DNA of 39,420 nt from Clostridia bacterium (GTDB lineage: Bacteria > Bacillota > Clostridia > Oscillospirales > Butyricicoccaceae), in the NCBI GenBank assembly GCA_017444965.1, contig JAFSVO010000098.1:1-39420 (forward strand), in the 5' to 3' direction. The notes under the pieces were generated by a model. It was not told the origin of the DNA. It saw only the letters and a list, made by a program, of their open reading frames with translations, and made no database searches. Positions 16,947 to 27,300 of the stretch are shown here, piece after piece. Position 1 is the stretch's first letter, and each line of letters opens with the position of its first letter. The position numbers and the translations under genes are program-made.

Positions 16947-16981
16947 AAAACGCTCTGCGGATTTTCCGCAGAGCGTTTTTC
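16947..16981. terminator. Bidirectional intrinsic terminator between convergent genes
   Basis: A perfect 15-bp stem AAAACGCTCTGCGGA / TCCGCAGAGCGTTTT with flanking A and T runs. Confidence 0.85.
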
Positions 16982-16988
16982 ATACCGT

Positions 16989-17939
16989 TTAAAGAGTTTC
17001 GGGATAAACTTTTTTTCGCGCGTCGTACATACGCTGGGCGTCAAGCTTTAAAGCGTATTCTTCCTCGCGCGTCGTCCTTGCCCAGCGCGCCGTAAGATAA
17101 CCCGCTACGCGCGCGGGGTCAAGCTTTGATTTTCCGTGTGAAAGCGTCTGGAAGGTATTGTAGGATTTATAAAGAGAGGACGAAAGGGGGACCTGCTCGA
17201 AGCCCGCCCTGTCAAGTCCCTCGAAAGAGGGCAGGTATTTTTTGAAATAATCGGTGGGCGTATCGCACATTTTCCCGTAACAGCAGGTCGAAACGAGGGC
17301 GTCGTGTGAAACGTTTTCGACAAAGAAATCGGGGTGATAGACGTATCCGTCGCCCCATATCCACGGCCTTGCGCCGTTTCTTTCGCACGCTTTGAAAAGC
17401 GAGTTTACGTCAGACAGCCAAAGTTCCGGGCTTCTTATTATAACGGCGTCGCAATTGAGCTGATTTTCGAGATCCTCTTCGTCGAGCCCTAAGTGAAAGA
17501 GTGAGGGAGACCCGAAAAGCCCGCATACCTCGTCTATTATCTCGCCGCATACCCTGCGGTAGATATCGCTGCCCGCCATACGGCCGTATTCCTTGAGCCA
17601 CGCGTCGTGACAGGCCGAAAAATTGAGTTTCGGCACGGGCGTTATCCCTTTTGAGCGGAATTTTGACAAAATGCGGTCGAGTTCGGCTTTTGAAAGCGCG
17701 TTAGGCGCGCATATCTCGGGGTGTTTCCGTAACTTTACGGCGTCGCCCACGTCGATAAGCACTGTGTTGAATTTTCGTTCGCAGAGAAAGTCCGCCATTT
17801 CAGCCCAAAGGGCAAAGTCGTTTTCGTTTTCGGGCGAGTAGGGCTTCGGCATATACCATCCCAAAGGGCTTGAATACTCGTCGTACCACATATGGTTCGA
17901 AAGCTCCATATAAAAAGCCCATATCATACCGTTTCCCAT
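16989..17939 (-). CDS. Cytoplasmic TIM-barrel glycosidase-like protein (GH20-type H-x-G-x-D-E motif)
   Basis: 316 aa with no signal peptide. FHLGLDEED resembles the GH20 catalytic HxGxDE block. SD is AAGGAG. The coding call is solid; the family call is tentative. Confidence 0.5.
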   Translation of the reverse strand: MGNGMIWAFYMELSNHMWYDEYSSPLGWYMPKPYSPENENDFALWAEMADFLCERKFNTVLIDVGDAVKLRKHPEICAPNALSKAELDRILSKFRSKGITPVPKLNFSACHDAWLKEYGRMAGSDIYRRVCGEIIDEVCGLFGSPSLFHLGLDEEDLENQLNCDAVIIRSPELWLSDVNSLFKACERNGARPWIWGDGYVYHPDFFVENVSHDALVSTCCYGKMCDTPTDYFKKYLPSFEGLDRAGFEQVPLSSSLYKSYNTFQTLSHGKSKLDPARVAGYLTARWARTTREEEYALKLDAQRMYDARKKVYPETL

Positions 17940-17975
17940 TTTCGCGCTCCTTAAAAAAGAGGTATTTTCCGGCTT

Positions 17976-19097
17976 TTAAACCGAGGCCTCGCGGTGATGC
18001 TCGTCCTTCATCTCGTACATTTTCGCGTCGAGCTCTTTCATAAACACGTCTACGCCGTCGCTGCAAAAGGGCATTACGCCGTAAGACACGGACAGCTTGT
18101 ACGGACGGCCCTCTTCGTTAAAGGCGTCTATTTTTTTGGTTACCTCGTCCATATACGCGTAAAGCTCTTCGGGCGCGCCTGTCTGCTTGAGCACGATGAA
18201 CTCGTCGCCCGCGAAGCGGAACACCCATTCGCCGTCGCCGCCGCAGCTTTTCAGTATCTCGGTAAGCGCTTTAAGCGTTTTATCGCCCTCGGAATGGCCT
18301 ATCATATCGTTTATGCTTTTAAAACTGTCGATATCGAGCATCACGCCGGCAAATTCGCGGTTTTGGCTTATCCACGACGAAATGATGCGGTCCATATAAT
18401 GGCGGTTATAGGTGTCGACGAGCGGATCTATATACGCTATCTCGTTCTGCTGCATCATGAACAGGGCGACGAGCCCTATTGCCGAAGAGAGCCACGCGAG
18501 CGAGATACCGTAGACTACGAACTGCACCCCCGCGCCGGTGACTATGGGCAGGAGAAATACGACGAAATCAAGGAAAGCCCTCGCGCCGTTTTCCTTTTCA
18601 TAGCGCTTTAACGCTATGAAGATGGACGCGCAGAAGTAAACTATCACGGCGTAGTATAAGTAAAACAGAGGTCCGCGCGAGTATTCGTTCTGCGGCGAAA
18701 TGTAAAACGAGAGGGGAAAGAAAAAGTTCACAACGTTTACGGCAAGCATAGCAGCGGCGACGATTATCTGCGGCTTGTATATCTTTTTTATCCTCGCCGT
18801 GTTGCCGTAAAGGGACAGGTCGGCGTAAAACAGCACAAGCAGGGGAAGAAGCATGTTTGCCGAGAAAATGTAGGTGTTGATCGCGTAACTCAGCACCCTC
18901 GCGCCGGGGAAAAGCTTTCCCTCTATAACGTAGGAAAGTATCTCCATAGCCGCGCCTAACATAACGCCGAAAAGGATTACGGTATAGAGCTTGTCTTCCG
19001 GTCGTCTCCTTAATATCTTGGCGCGGGAAACGAAAAACAGTATCAGCAGAAGGAATATGGCGACACAGTTGACGATGTAGATCGAACGAAGATCCAT
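17976..19097 (-). CDS. Polytopic membrane diguanylate cyclase-like protein (GGDEF domain with AGDEF signature)
   Basis: The N-terminal ~220 aa form about 6-7 hydrophobic helices. The C-terminal region DPLVDTYNR...GVMLDIDSFKSIND..GH..GD....FRFAGDEFIV is a GGDEF fold. Confidence 0.85.
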   Translation of the reverse strand: MDLRSIYIVNCVAIFLLLILFFVSRAKILRRRPEDKLYTVILFGVMLGAAMEILSYVIEGKLFPGARVLSYAINTYIFSANMLLPLLVLFYADLSLYGNTARIKKIYKPQIIVAAAMLAVNVVNFFFPLSFYISPQNEYSRGPLFYLYYAVIVYFCASIFIALKRYEKENGARAFLDFVVFLLPIVTGAGVQFVVYGISLAWLSSAIGLVALFMMQQNEIAYIDPLVDTYNRHYMDRIISSWISQNREFAGVMLDIDSFKSINDMIGHSEGDKTLKALTEILKSCGGDGEWVFRFAGDEFIVLKQTGAPEELYAYMDEVTKKIDAFNEEGRPYKLSVSYGVMPFCSDGVDVFMKELDAKMYEMKDEHHREASV

Positions 19098-19153
19098 AAC
19101 ACGAAAACTCCTTCGGTTTGTTTTTTGAGCCTCAGGGCGCGGCGGAAAGAAAA

Positions 19154-19915
19154 TCAGTCAATAATAACGGCTTTATCTGAGAAAGCGGAGCGCCCGGTCG
19201 CGCCGGACACGCCGTCCGCGGTCACGTCGGGCGTCCCTACGAGCAGGACGGCGACGGCTTTGAAGGAAACGGGAACGCCGAGCTTTTCGCATATCGCGTC
19301 GTGGTCTTCACCGTTCAGCGTCATCGTCGGCGAAGAAACTATTTTAACGCCGTACCCTAAGGACGAGGCGGCGATATACATATTCTGCGCCGCAAGCCCG
19401 CAGTCGAAATCGGGGTCGGGCGAGGGCGTGCTTTCGTCCTTATAAATGAATATCGCGAGAGGAGACGAGCCGAGCGACGCTTTGGGGCCGCCTGAGACGC
19501 CCTTCGGCGCGCCTCCCTGCGGAGGAGGTACGGGCTTATCGCCGTCCGGCGCGGGCGCGTTTTCTCCCTGCGGGAAGGCGGGCATGTCTCCGCCGCCCGA
19601 AGGCGCGGGCGCGCCTGCGCCCGGCGCTTTCCCCTGCGATGAAAGCTCTGTCAAAAGGTCTTTATCCGTAACGGCGGCAAAAAACCACGGCTGCTGATTT
19701 ATCGCGCTTTCGGCGGCGAGCCCCGCCGCGAGTATCGTTTTAATATCCTCTTCCTTTACGGCTTCGTCGGAAAAAGCCTGAGTCGTGCCGGCGTTCATGA
19801 TAACGCCGACGGCGCTTTCGCCTTTTTCGGCGGGCGCTTTGTCCGCGCCGCCGCAGCCGGCAAGCAGGATGAATACAAGAGCGAGAGATATCGCCGCAAA
19901 AACAGTTTTTTTCAT
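19154..19915 (-). CDS. Lipoprotein of the nitroreductase (FMN) family with a Pro/Gly/Ala-rich insert
   Basis: The start is set at MKKTVFAAISLALVFILLAGCGG, which has a LAGC lipobox. The nitroreductase block INQQPWFFAAVTD is present. An insert of about 60 aa reads GKAPGAGAPAPSGGGDMPAFPQGENAPAPDGDKPVPPPQGGAPKG. Confidence 0.8.
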   Translation of the reverse strand: MKKTVFAAISLALVFILLAGCGGADKAPAEKGESAVGVIMNAGTTQAFSDEAVKEEDIKTILAAGLAAESAINQQPWFFAAVTDKDLLTELSSQGKAPGAGAPAPSGGGDMPAFPQGENAPAPDGDKPVPPPQGGAPKGVSGGPKASLGSSPLAIFIYKDESTPSPDPDFDCGLAAQNMYIAASSLGYGVKIVSSPTMTLNGEDHDAICEKLGVPVSFKAVAVLLVGTPDVTADGVSGATGRSAFSDKAVIID

Positions 19916-19987
19916 AAGACGATAAGTCCTTTCGGTCAATTATTCTTTAATAAGGTTTTTAAAGCGTCTCGAAAAGCGCGTCGGGAT

Positions 19988-22900
19988 TTATCCGTTTACC
20001 TTTACCGCGCGCCGCGCGGGCGCTTTGCCGTCGGTTATGAAGAAGACGCCGGCGCTTTCCCACAAGGGCGCGTCAAAGCTTACGGGCGCGCCCTGCCATG
20101 TTATCTCTTTCGCCGAAACGAACCTGCCGCCGCCGTAGCCCGCTATAATAACGCGCGTGCCGCTTTCAAGCTCGCCCGTCAGGGTAAATACGTTTTCTTC
20201 AAGCGAGGCGGCGACCGAATCCTCGCCGCATACCGCGCAAACGCCGTACTCGTACTCGTGGGTATGTCCCTCGAGCGTTATCTTTCCGTCCTTAAGATCG
20301 TGAGCGTAGCGGTAGACGGGTATGGTCCCGTCGCTCGCGGGGGTTATTATGCCCGACTGCACGAGCGTGCCGTTATAGCCGGTCATATCGGTAACGTCCG
20401 GCTCCATCAGCATAGCGAGGATATTGCCGTTGTACCTGTCCATCGTGAACACGTAGGCGCCCTTTTCAAAGGTGACGACCTGCTCGGACAGAAGAAGGGC
20501 CTCTTCGCTTGAGCCCTTGTACTGCTGAAGCGAAACGGCGGAGCCGGAGTCTATCTCATAGTATTCGATGCCGTGCTGCTTTGCGAGCCACGCCGCCGTC
20601 AGCGCGCCCGAGGCGTCTTTGGGTATGACGTAAGCGGTCGGGCGGACGCGGGTGCGCACCGCCTTGTCCTTGTGGTACATATAACTCGTGGCGTTCGCGT
20701 CTTTTACCGTGCCGTCGGTAAGATTCCACGTCGGGCGGGGCGCGTAAATATATTTCTTGTTGGTGCCGTGCTCTATTATAAGAAGGTCGTCCCCGTCGTA
20801 AACGGCGCCTTTTTCGGCGACGCCTTCGCGGTACTGAGCCACGACCTCGCGCACGGTCTGCTCATGCTCGGCTACGTAGTCGATTATCGATTCGGCTACG
20901 GCGTACTGCGCCATAACGTTCCTTGCGAACTTGGCAAGGCCGGAATAGTGGCCGTTCGACTCAACAAGGAAAGATACGCTTCCCGCAAGTCCGAAATATT
21001 CCTTTGAAATGGAATAGTTGGCGGAAGAGGTGGTCTTGCCGTCGCAGTCGTAGTAAAACGCCCTTATCCCCAGGTCGCGGGTGCGGGTAAAGCATTGCCC
21101 GACAATGCTCATAAGAAGGTCGTTTTTCGCGTCCGTTGCGTTGAGATTGTAAGCGAGGCCTATCTGCACGTCGTCTAACGGACCGGTCACGGTGTTCGTG
21201 CCGCCGAACTCATGCGCGTCGATGCTCACCTCGGGGAGGAAGAGATTGTAAACGCTGTGTACGAGCCTCATCTCGGGGCTCTGCAAACGCATATTGTCGC
21301 GGTTCATATCGGTATCGTTATTAACGTTTTTTCTTATAAAATCATGCGAGCCGTCGGGATTGACCCTCGGCACGACGCAGACGTTTATCCTGTCGAGCAC
21401 GCTTTCGCCGTACGTTCCGTCAAGCCTTTTGATAAGAGCCAGCGCGCCTTCGCCCGCGGAAACCTCGTCGGCGTGTATCTGTCCCTGTAAATATACCGTC
21501 GCCTTTCCGTTGGCGTGAACGAGCGCCGCCGCGTCTTCAAGCGTTTCGGCTGACGAAATATCCGTTTTCGTGAAAATAACGACGGGGAAGTCGTAGCTGT
21601 AAGAGGGCGTTTTTCCGATTATATACAGATACATATCGTCGTCTGCTCCGTCAAGCCCGTAAAGGAAATCCATCATCTCGGTCTGCGTGGTCGCCTGAGT
21701 CGCCGGGTGCCCCTCGGCAAAATACGGCGTTTCGAAGACCTCTTCATATCCGGGCCACAGCGAAGGCGAAGAAAGCAGGATATTGTCCAGAACCTCCTGC
21801 GTGTGTCTGTATACGTATACGTTTGCTTTCGGCTCGAACCAGCTGCCGATCCTTTTGCCCGGGTTTTCGGTCACGACGTGATCGGCGGCGGCCTTTTCCG
21901 CGGAATACCAGAAGTTTTTGTTGACAGTATAATAGCCCGAGCCCGAACAGGTGAAGCTGTAATTCCCGACGGGCAGGCTGTAAAACGCGTAAACAGTCGC
22001 GTCGCTTTCGGTTATGACCTCTGACTCGGGGACGGTATCTCCCGCCATTTTAAAGCCGTTGTAAAGAGTAAGCTTTACGTTCTTCGGCAGTCTGAAGAAA
22101 AGCCCTACGGGATCCTCCACGCCGCTTATAAGCCATTGCTTTTGAGAGGCGGCGGTTTCGGTATAAAGTATCTCGTCGCCCTGCGGGATATATACGAAAG
22201 CGCCGTCCGGCACGGACGCCGGCGTCGTTATATAGGGGATCTTGTTATTCGGGGTGTCGAGTATTTTAAAGCAGGTCGTCCCCGAAACGGCGGAGAGCGT
22301 CAGACGGCAGGCGGGCATAATGGCAAGCGTGCCGCCGCCGGTAAAGGAGTTTACGTTAAGTTCGCCTTTGTGAAGCTCAAGCGTATGCCCCTCGGTCGCG
22401 GATAAGTTTATGACGGAATTGCCGGTGCAGACGGCGGAAACGTCTCCGTTGACCGTGCAGTCGCAAAGCGAAAGGGTGATGTTTCCCGAAACGCCGTTCA
22501 AGCCGCCGGCGGCGATCTCGCTTATAACGGCGCCGTTCGATACGGTTATTTCGACGTTTCCTTTCGATTTGTCCGATCCGCTTACGTTCGCGCCGCAGAG
22601 CTTGCCCGCCTGCGCGCCGCTTACCGTCATATAACAGTTTCCGGTAAGCATGTGATTGTAAGACGAGGATATGACGGTGGTCACCGTGCCGCCGATCAGG
22701 GCAAAGTGAATATCGCCCTTCATATTGTTAAGATAAGGCCCGGCGTAAACGTTGCGCCACGTGCCCGAACGTACCGTCACGTTCGTGTCGCCCGTATAGT
22801 CGCCCGAACGGTAAGCGCCTATTATGGTGAAATAATATCCCGCGGAGCTCGGCAGGGTCGTCACGTTTTCGCCTATCGTCAAAGGATATCCGTTCGCTAC

Positions 22901-24283
22901 GATAAAGCAGTGATTTGACGATGAATTATATATTTGCTTAAAGGTTACGTTTTCATATTTTGTAGGGCCGATATGCTTGTAGTCGTTCTTTATCTGCATC
23001 TCGGTCTCGGGCGTGACGCCGCTTACCGCGACCGTGTAAACGTGCGTGTTGAAGGTCGAGGGCGCGGGGCCGGAAGACTCGGTAAGATCGAGCGCCCCCG
23101 TAAGAACGATATTTCCGACGGCGTCGGGGTCGCTTAAAAGATACGCGTCCGCCATAAGCGCGTTAAGCAGGTCGTAAGCTTTTGACAAAGTGCGGACCGG
23201 ATTGCTCGAGCTCGTGCCGGCGTTGCCGTCGTTTCCCGCCTCGCCGTTTAAGTATATTGTCAGCGGCTCGCTCACGCTTATAAGCCACTGTTTTTTGCCG
23301 CCGACGGTTTGCGTGAACGCTGTCTCGGTTTTTTGCGGCTCGTAAACGAAAGCGCCGTCCGGCGTCGACCCGGGCGCCGTGATATAGGGCGTATCGCTTA
23401 AGGGAACGCCCGAAACGCTGAACTTCGACGTCCCTTCCACGCTTCCGAGCGTAAGGCGGGCAAGGCTCCCGAGCGTGAGCGTGCCGCCGCCCGAGAAGGC
23501 GCCGGCGTATAATTCGCCGCCGCCGATACTTAAGGTCTTTCCCTCGTCCGCGGCGAGGATGACGGATGAGCTTCCGCCGCAGTTTGCCGACACGGCGCCC
23601 TTTACCGCGCAGTTTTTAAGTGTAAGCGACGCGTTTCCCGAAACGGTCGCCGAGGTGCCGCTCTCGCCGTCGCTGTAAGTGCCGGCGTGAATACTGCGCC
23701 ACGTGCCCGAAAGGACGGTAAGGCTCGTGCCGCCCGAAAGCGTCCCCGTCTTTGCCGGGCCGAGTATAGACAGATAAACGCCCGTCGAGCTCGGCAGAGT
23801 CGTCACGTTTTCGCCTATCGTCAAAGCGTGTCCCTTCGCCGCGATGAAGGAGGGAGCGTCGCTGTCAAGCTTTTTAAAGGTTATGTTTTCGTAAACCGTC
23901 GGGCCCAACTGATTGTAGTCCTTCGTTATCTGAAGTTGTATATCGGGGGTAAGCCCGCTTACGCGGACAGTATATATATGATTGTCAAACCCGGGGTTCG
24001 GCGCGCTGCTCGTCACGAAGGCGACGTTGCTTGTCAGAACGACGCGCCCTTCGGCGGAGGGATCTTCCGCAAGACCGGCGTTTTTCATAATTGTATTTAA
24101 GCACTGGTAAGCCTTTGTCATGGTCTTGACGGGCTTGTCCGAACTTGTCCCGCTGTTCCCGTCGCTGCCGGTGTTTCCGACGTAAACGGTCAAAGGCGCG
24201 CTTTCGGCGAAAGCGGAAAGCGTCAGGGCGAATAATACCGCCGCCGCGAGAAGGAGAAAGATGAGAAATCTTTTGTTTTTCAT
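19988..24283 (-). CDS. Secreted 1431-aa M14 zinc carboxypeptidase with two N-terminal beta-helix-like modules
   Basis: The signal peptide ends ..LSAFA/ESAP. The M14 motifs are GQIHADE (HxxE), VVPRVNPDG, DMNRD, IDAHEF and FLVESNG. The N-terminal modules start APLTVYVGNTGSDGNSGTSSDKPVKT and EPLTIYLNGEAGNDGNAGTSSSNPVRT, as in pectate-lyase-fold proteins. Confidence 0.85.
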   Translation of the reverse strand: MKNKRFLIFLLLAAAVLFALTLSAFAESAPLTVYVGNTGSDGNSGTSSDKPVKTMTKAYQCLNTIMKNAGLAEDPSAEGRVVLTSNVAFVTSSAPNPGFDNHIYTVRVSGLTPDIQLQITKDYNQLGPTVYENITFKKLDSDAPSFIAAKGHALTIGENVTTLPSSTGVYLSILGPAKTGTLSGGTSLTVLSGTWRSIHAGTYSDGESGTSATVSGNASLTLKNCAVKGAVSANCGGSSSVILAADEGKTLSIGGGELYAGAFSGGGTLTLGSLARLTLGSVEGTSKFSVSGVPLSDTPYITAPGSTPDGAFVYEPQKTETAFTQTVGGKKQWLISVSEPLTIYLNGEAGNDGNAGTSSSNPVRTLSKAYDLLNALMADAYLLSDPDAVGNIVLTGALDLTESSGPAPSTFNTHVYTVAVSGVTPETEMQIKNDYKHIGPTKYENVTFKQIYNSSSNHCFIVANGYPLTIGENVTTLPSSAGYYFTIIGAYRSGDYTGDTNVTVRSGTWRNVYAGPYLNNMKGDIHFALIGGTVTTVISSSYNHMLTGNCYMTVSGAQAGKLCGANVSGSDKSKGNVEITVSNGAVISEIAAGGLNGVSGNITLSLCDCTVNGDVSAVCTGNSVINLSATEGHTLELHKGELNVNSFTGGGTLAIMPACRLTLSAVSGTTCFKILDTPNNKIPYITTPASVPDGAFVYIPQGDEILYTETAASQKQWLISGVEDPVGLFFRLPKNVKLTLYNGFKMAGDTVPESEVITESDATVYAFYSLPVGNYSFTCSGSGYYTVNKNFWYSAEKAAADHVVTENPGKRIGSWFEPKANVYVYRHTQEVLDNILLSSPSLWPGYEEVFETPYFAEGHPATQATTQTEMMDFLYGLDGADDDMYLYIIGKTPSYSYDFPVVIFTKTDISSAETLEDAAALVHANGKATVYLQGQIHADEVSAGEGALALIKRLDGTYGESVLDRINVCVVPRVNPDGSHDFIRKNVNNDTDMNRDNMRLQSPEMRLVHSVYNLFLPEVSIDAHEFGGTNTVTGPLDDVQIGLAYNLNATDAKNDLLMSIVGQCFTRTRDLGIRAFYYDCDGKTTSSANYSISKEYFGLAGSVSFLVESNGHYSGLAKFARNVMAQYAVAESIIDYVAEHEQTVREVVAQYREGVAEKGAVYDGDDLLIIEHGTNKKYIYAPRPTWNLTDGTVKDANATSYMYHKDKAVRTRVRPTAYVIPKDASGALTAAWLAKQHGIEYYEIDSGSAVSLQQYKGSSEEALLLSEQVVTFEKGAYVFTMDRYNGNILAMLMEPDVTDMTGYNGTLVQSGIITPASDGTIPVYRYAHDLKDGKITLEGHTHEYEYGVCAVCGEDSVAASLEENVFTLTGELESGTRVIIAGYGGGRFVSAKEITWQGAPVSFDAPLWESAGVFFITDGKAPARRAVKVNG

Positions 24284-24319
24284 TTAAAGCCCGCCTTTCT
24301 TTTATGTCAGCCCCGCATA

Positions 24320-27300
24320 TCAATAGTTCGTTTTAATACAGCCGCGCAGCGGCGCGCCGCCGTCGCCGGGGAAAAATACCGCGGCGCTTTCCCACAAGGG
24401 CGCGGCGAAGGATAACGGCTCGCCTTTCCAGATAAGCTCTTTTGCGGAAACGAACCGCCCGTCTTTATAGCCCGCCGCGAAAACGCGCGTACCGTTCGCA
24501 AGCCCGCCCGAAAGCGTAAAGACGCCGTCCGAGAGAGTTACGGCCACCGAATCCTCGCCGCAGACCGCGCATATGCCGTTCTCAAAAGAGTGCGAATGCG
24601 ACTCAAGCGTTATCTTGCCGTTCTCAAGGTCGCGCACGCAGCGGTATATCGGGATAGTCCCGTCGCCGCCCGCCTTAATTATCCCCGACTGCATAAGCGT
24701 TCCGTTATATCCCTTCGTGTCTCCGACGTCCGGCTCGAGAAGCACGGCTAAAATATTCCCCGCGCCCTGATCCATGGGGAAGACGTAGGCGCCGTTCTCA
24801 AAGGTCACGGCTTTTTCGGGCAAAAGCTCCGCCAAGGCGCTGCTTCCGCTGTACTGCCGAAGATACGCGGAAAACCCGGAGTTTATCTCGTAATAATATA
24901 TACCGTGCTTTTGTATCAGCGCGGCGGCTCTGTCCGCGCCGGGCGCGTCCTTCGGTATGACGTACGCGGTCGGGCGGACGCGCGCCGTCACCGCCTTGTC
25001 CTTCTGGTTCATGGTACCCGTAGCTTCCGCGTCCGAAAGGGTCCCGTTCTGAAGATCCCACTTGGGGCGCAGGGCGTAAACGGGAGTTTTCGAGGTGTCG
25101 TGCTTAAGCACCAAAAGGTCGTCTTCGTCGTACGCGGCGCCTTTTTCGGCGACCTCCGCGCGGTATTGCGCCACGGCGTCGCGCACGGCCTGACCGTTTT
25201 TTACGACGTAATCTATAATCGATTCGGCGACGGCGTACTGCGACATGACGCGCCGCGCGAACCACCCGAAGCCGCTGTAAAGCCCGTTCGTTTCGATAAG
25301 GAAAGAAAGACTTCCCGCAAGCCCGAAGTATTCTCTGCCTATGGCGTAGTTTGACGAAGATATGTAGGGATTGTTGCCGGTGTAGTAATACGCCCGAAGC
25401 CCGAGATTCTGAACGTCGATAAAGCATTTGTTGGCGACTGCCATCGAAATATCGTTTTTAGCGTCGCTTAAGTTTAAGTTGTGGGCGATGCCTATCTGCA
25501 CGTCGTCAACGGCGAAAGAATCCTTATCCATAGGCCCGTTAAACTCATGCGCGTCTATCGTCACCTCGGGCAGGAAGAGATTGTAAACGCGGTGGAGCAT
25601 CGCCGTCTCGGGGCTCTGCATAAACAGATGGTCGCGGTTCATATCGACGCCGTTTTTCACGTTCCTTCTGACGTAGTCCCTCGCGCCGTCGGGGTTGACC
25701 CTCGGCACGACGTAAATATCCAGAGAATCGAGCACGCTTTCGCCGTAGTCGCCGTCAAGCGTGCGTATCAACGCCAAAGCGCTCTCGCCGCCGGCGGGCT
25801 CGTTCGAGTGTATCTGCCCCTGATAATGCACCGTCGTTTTTCCGTCGGCTTTTATTATCGCCGCCGCCTCTTCAATAGTCGCGGCGCCCGATAAGTCGGC
25901 CTTCGTGAAAATGACGACGGGATAGTCGTACCCGTAGGAAGGCGTCTTTCCTATAACGTACAGATACATATTGTCGTCCTCGCCGTCGAGCGAGCGTATA
26001 AATGACGTCATTTCATCCTGAGAGGTGCCGCGGTTTTCCGGGTGTCCCGGCGCGAAATAGGGCGTTTTAAACACCTCCGCGTAGTCCGGCCAAAGCGCAG
26101 GGGAAGAGGGCAGGATATTTTCGACCGCCTCCTGCGTGTAGTAATATACCTCCTCGTCCGGCTCGAATCCCGCGTTCGTCTTTTTACCGGGGTCGGCGTC
26201 TAAATACAGATCGTGCGCCGCCTTTTCTTCGGAATAGTAAAAGTTACGGGTTACCTTGTAATAGCCCGTACCGCAGCAGGTATAGCTGTAGTCGCCGACG
26301 GGCAGAAGGAAATAGCGGTAAAGCGTCGCGCCGCCGTCGGTCGACGTCTCGGACGGCGCAACGGCGCCGCCCGTTCTTTTAAAACCGTTGTAAAGCGTAA
26401 AGGTCGTATCCTGCGGCGCGCTTATGATAAGCGAAACGGGGTCTTCGCCGCCGCTTATAAGCCATTGCTTTTTGCCGCCCGCCGTTTTAGTATAAAGGGT
26501 CTCCGCCCCCTGCGGCAGATAGGCGAAAGCGCCGTCGGGCGCGCCCTCCGGCGCGGTTATATAGGGGATGCCGTTATATAAGTCGCCGAGAAGCTGAAGG
26601 GAAGTCGTCCCCGTGACCGAGCCGAGCGTAAGCCGCGCGTCGCCCGACAAAACAAGCGCGCCGCCGCCCGAAAACGCGCTTGCGTTTATTTCGCCTTTTT
26701 GAAACTCGAGGCGTTTCCCAAAGGACGCGTCGAGAATTATATTTGCTTTGCCCGAGCAGACCGCCGTAACGCTGCCCTTGACCGCGCAGTCGGATATCGA
26801 TACGGTCACGTCGCCGGTAACGCCGTTTAAGCCGCCGCCGACGATATCGCCCGAAACGTCCGTGCCGGACAGCGATATCACCACGTTCCCCTTCGCCTTG
26901 TCAGAGCCGTTCGTGTTCGCGCCCGATATTTTTCTGATATGCGCGTTTGAAACGTCCGCGTAAAAGTTTCCCGTATGCGCGTGGCTGTAAGACGAGGCGA
27001 CGGTGGTCGTCACAGTGCCGCCGGTCATCGTAAGGTATACGTCGCCGGTCATATCGTCAAGGTAAGAGCCGGCGTAAATATTGCGCCACGTGCCCGAAGA
27101 GACGGTAAGACGCGTGTCGCCGGTATACGCCCCCGACCGCAAGGCGCCTATTATGGTGAAATAGTAGCCGCTCGAATCGGGAAGCACCGTCACGTTTTCG
27201 CCTATCGTCAAAGGATAGCCGTTCGCGACGAAGAAGGAATGGTTAGTCGTCGTGTTGTCAAGATGCTTAAGAGTAATATTTTCGTATTTCGTCGGCCCTA

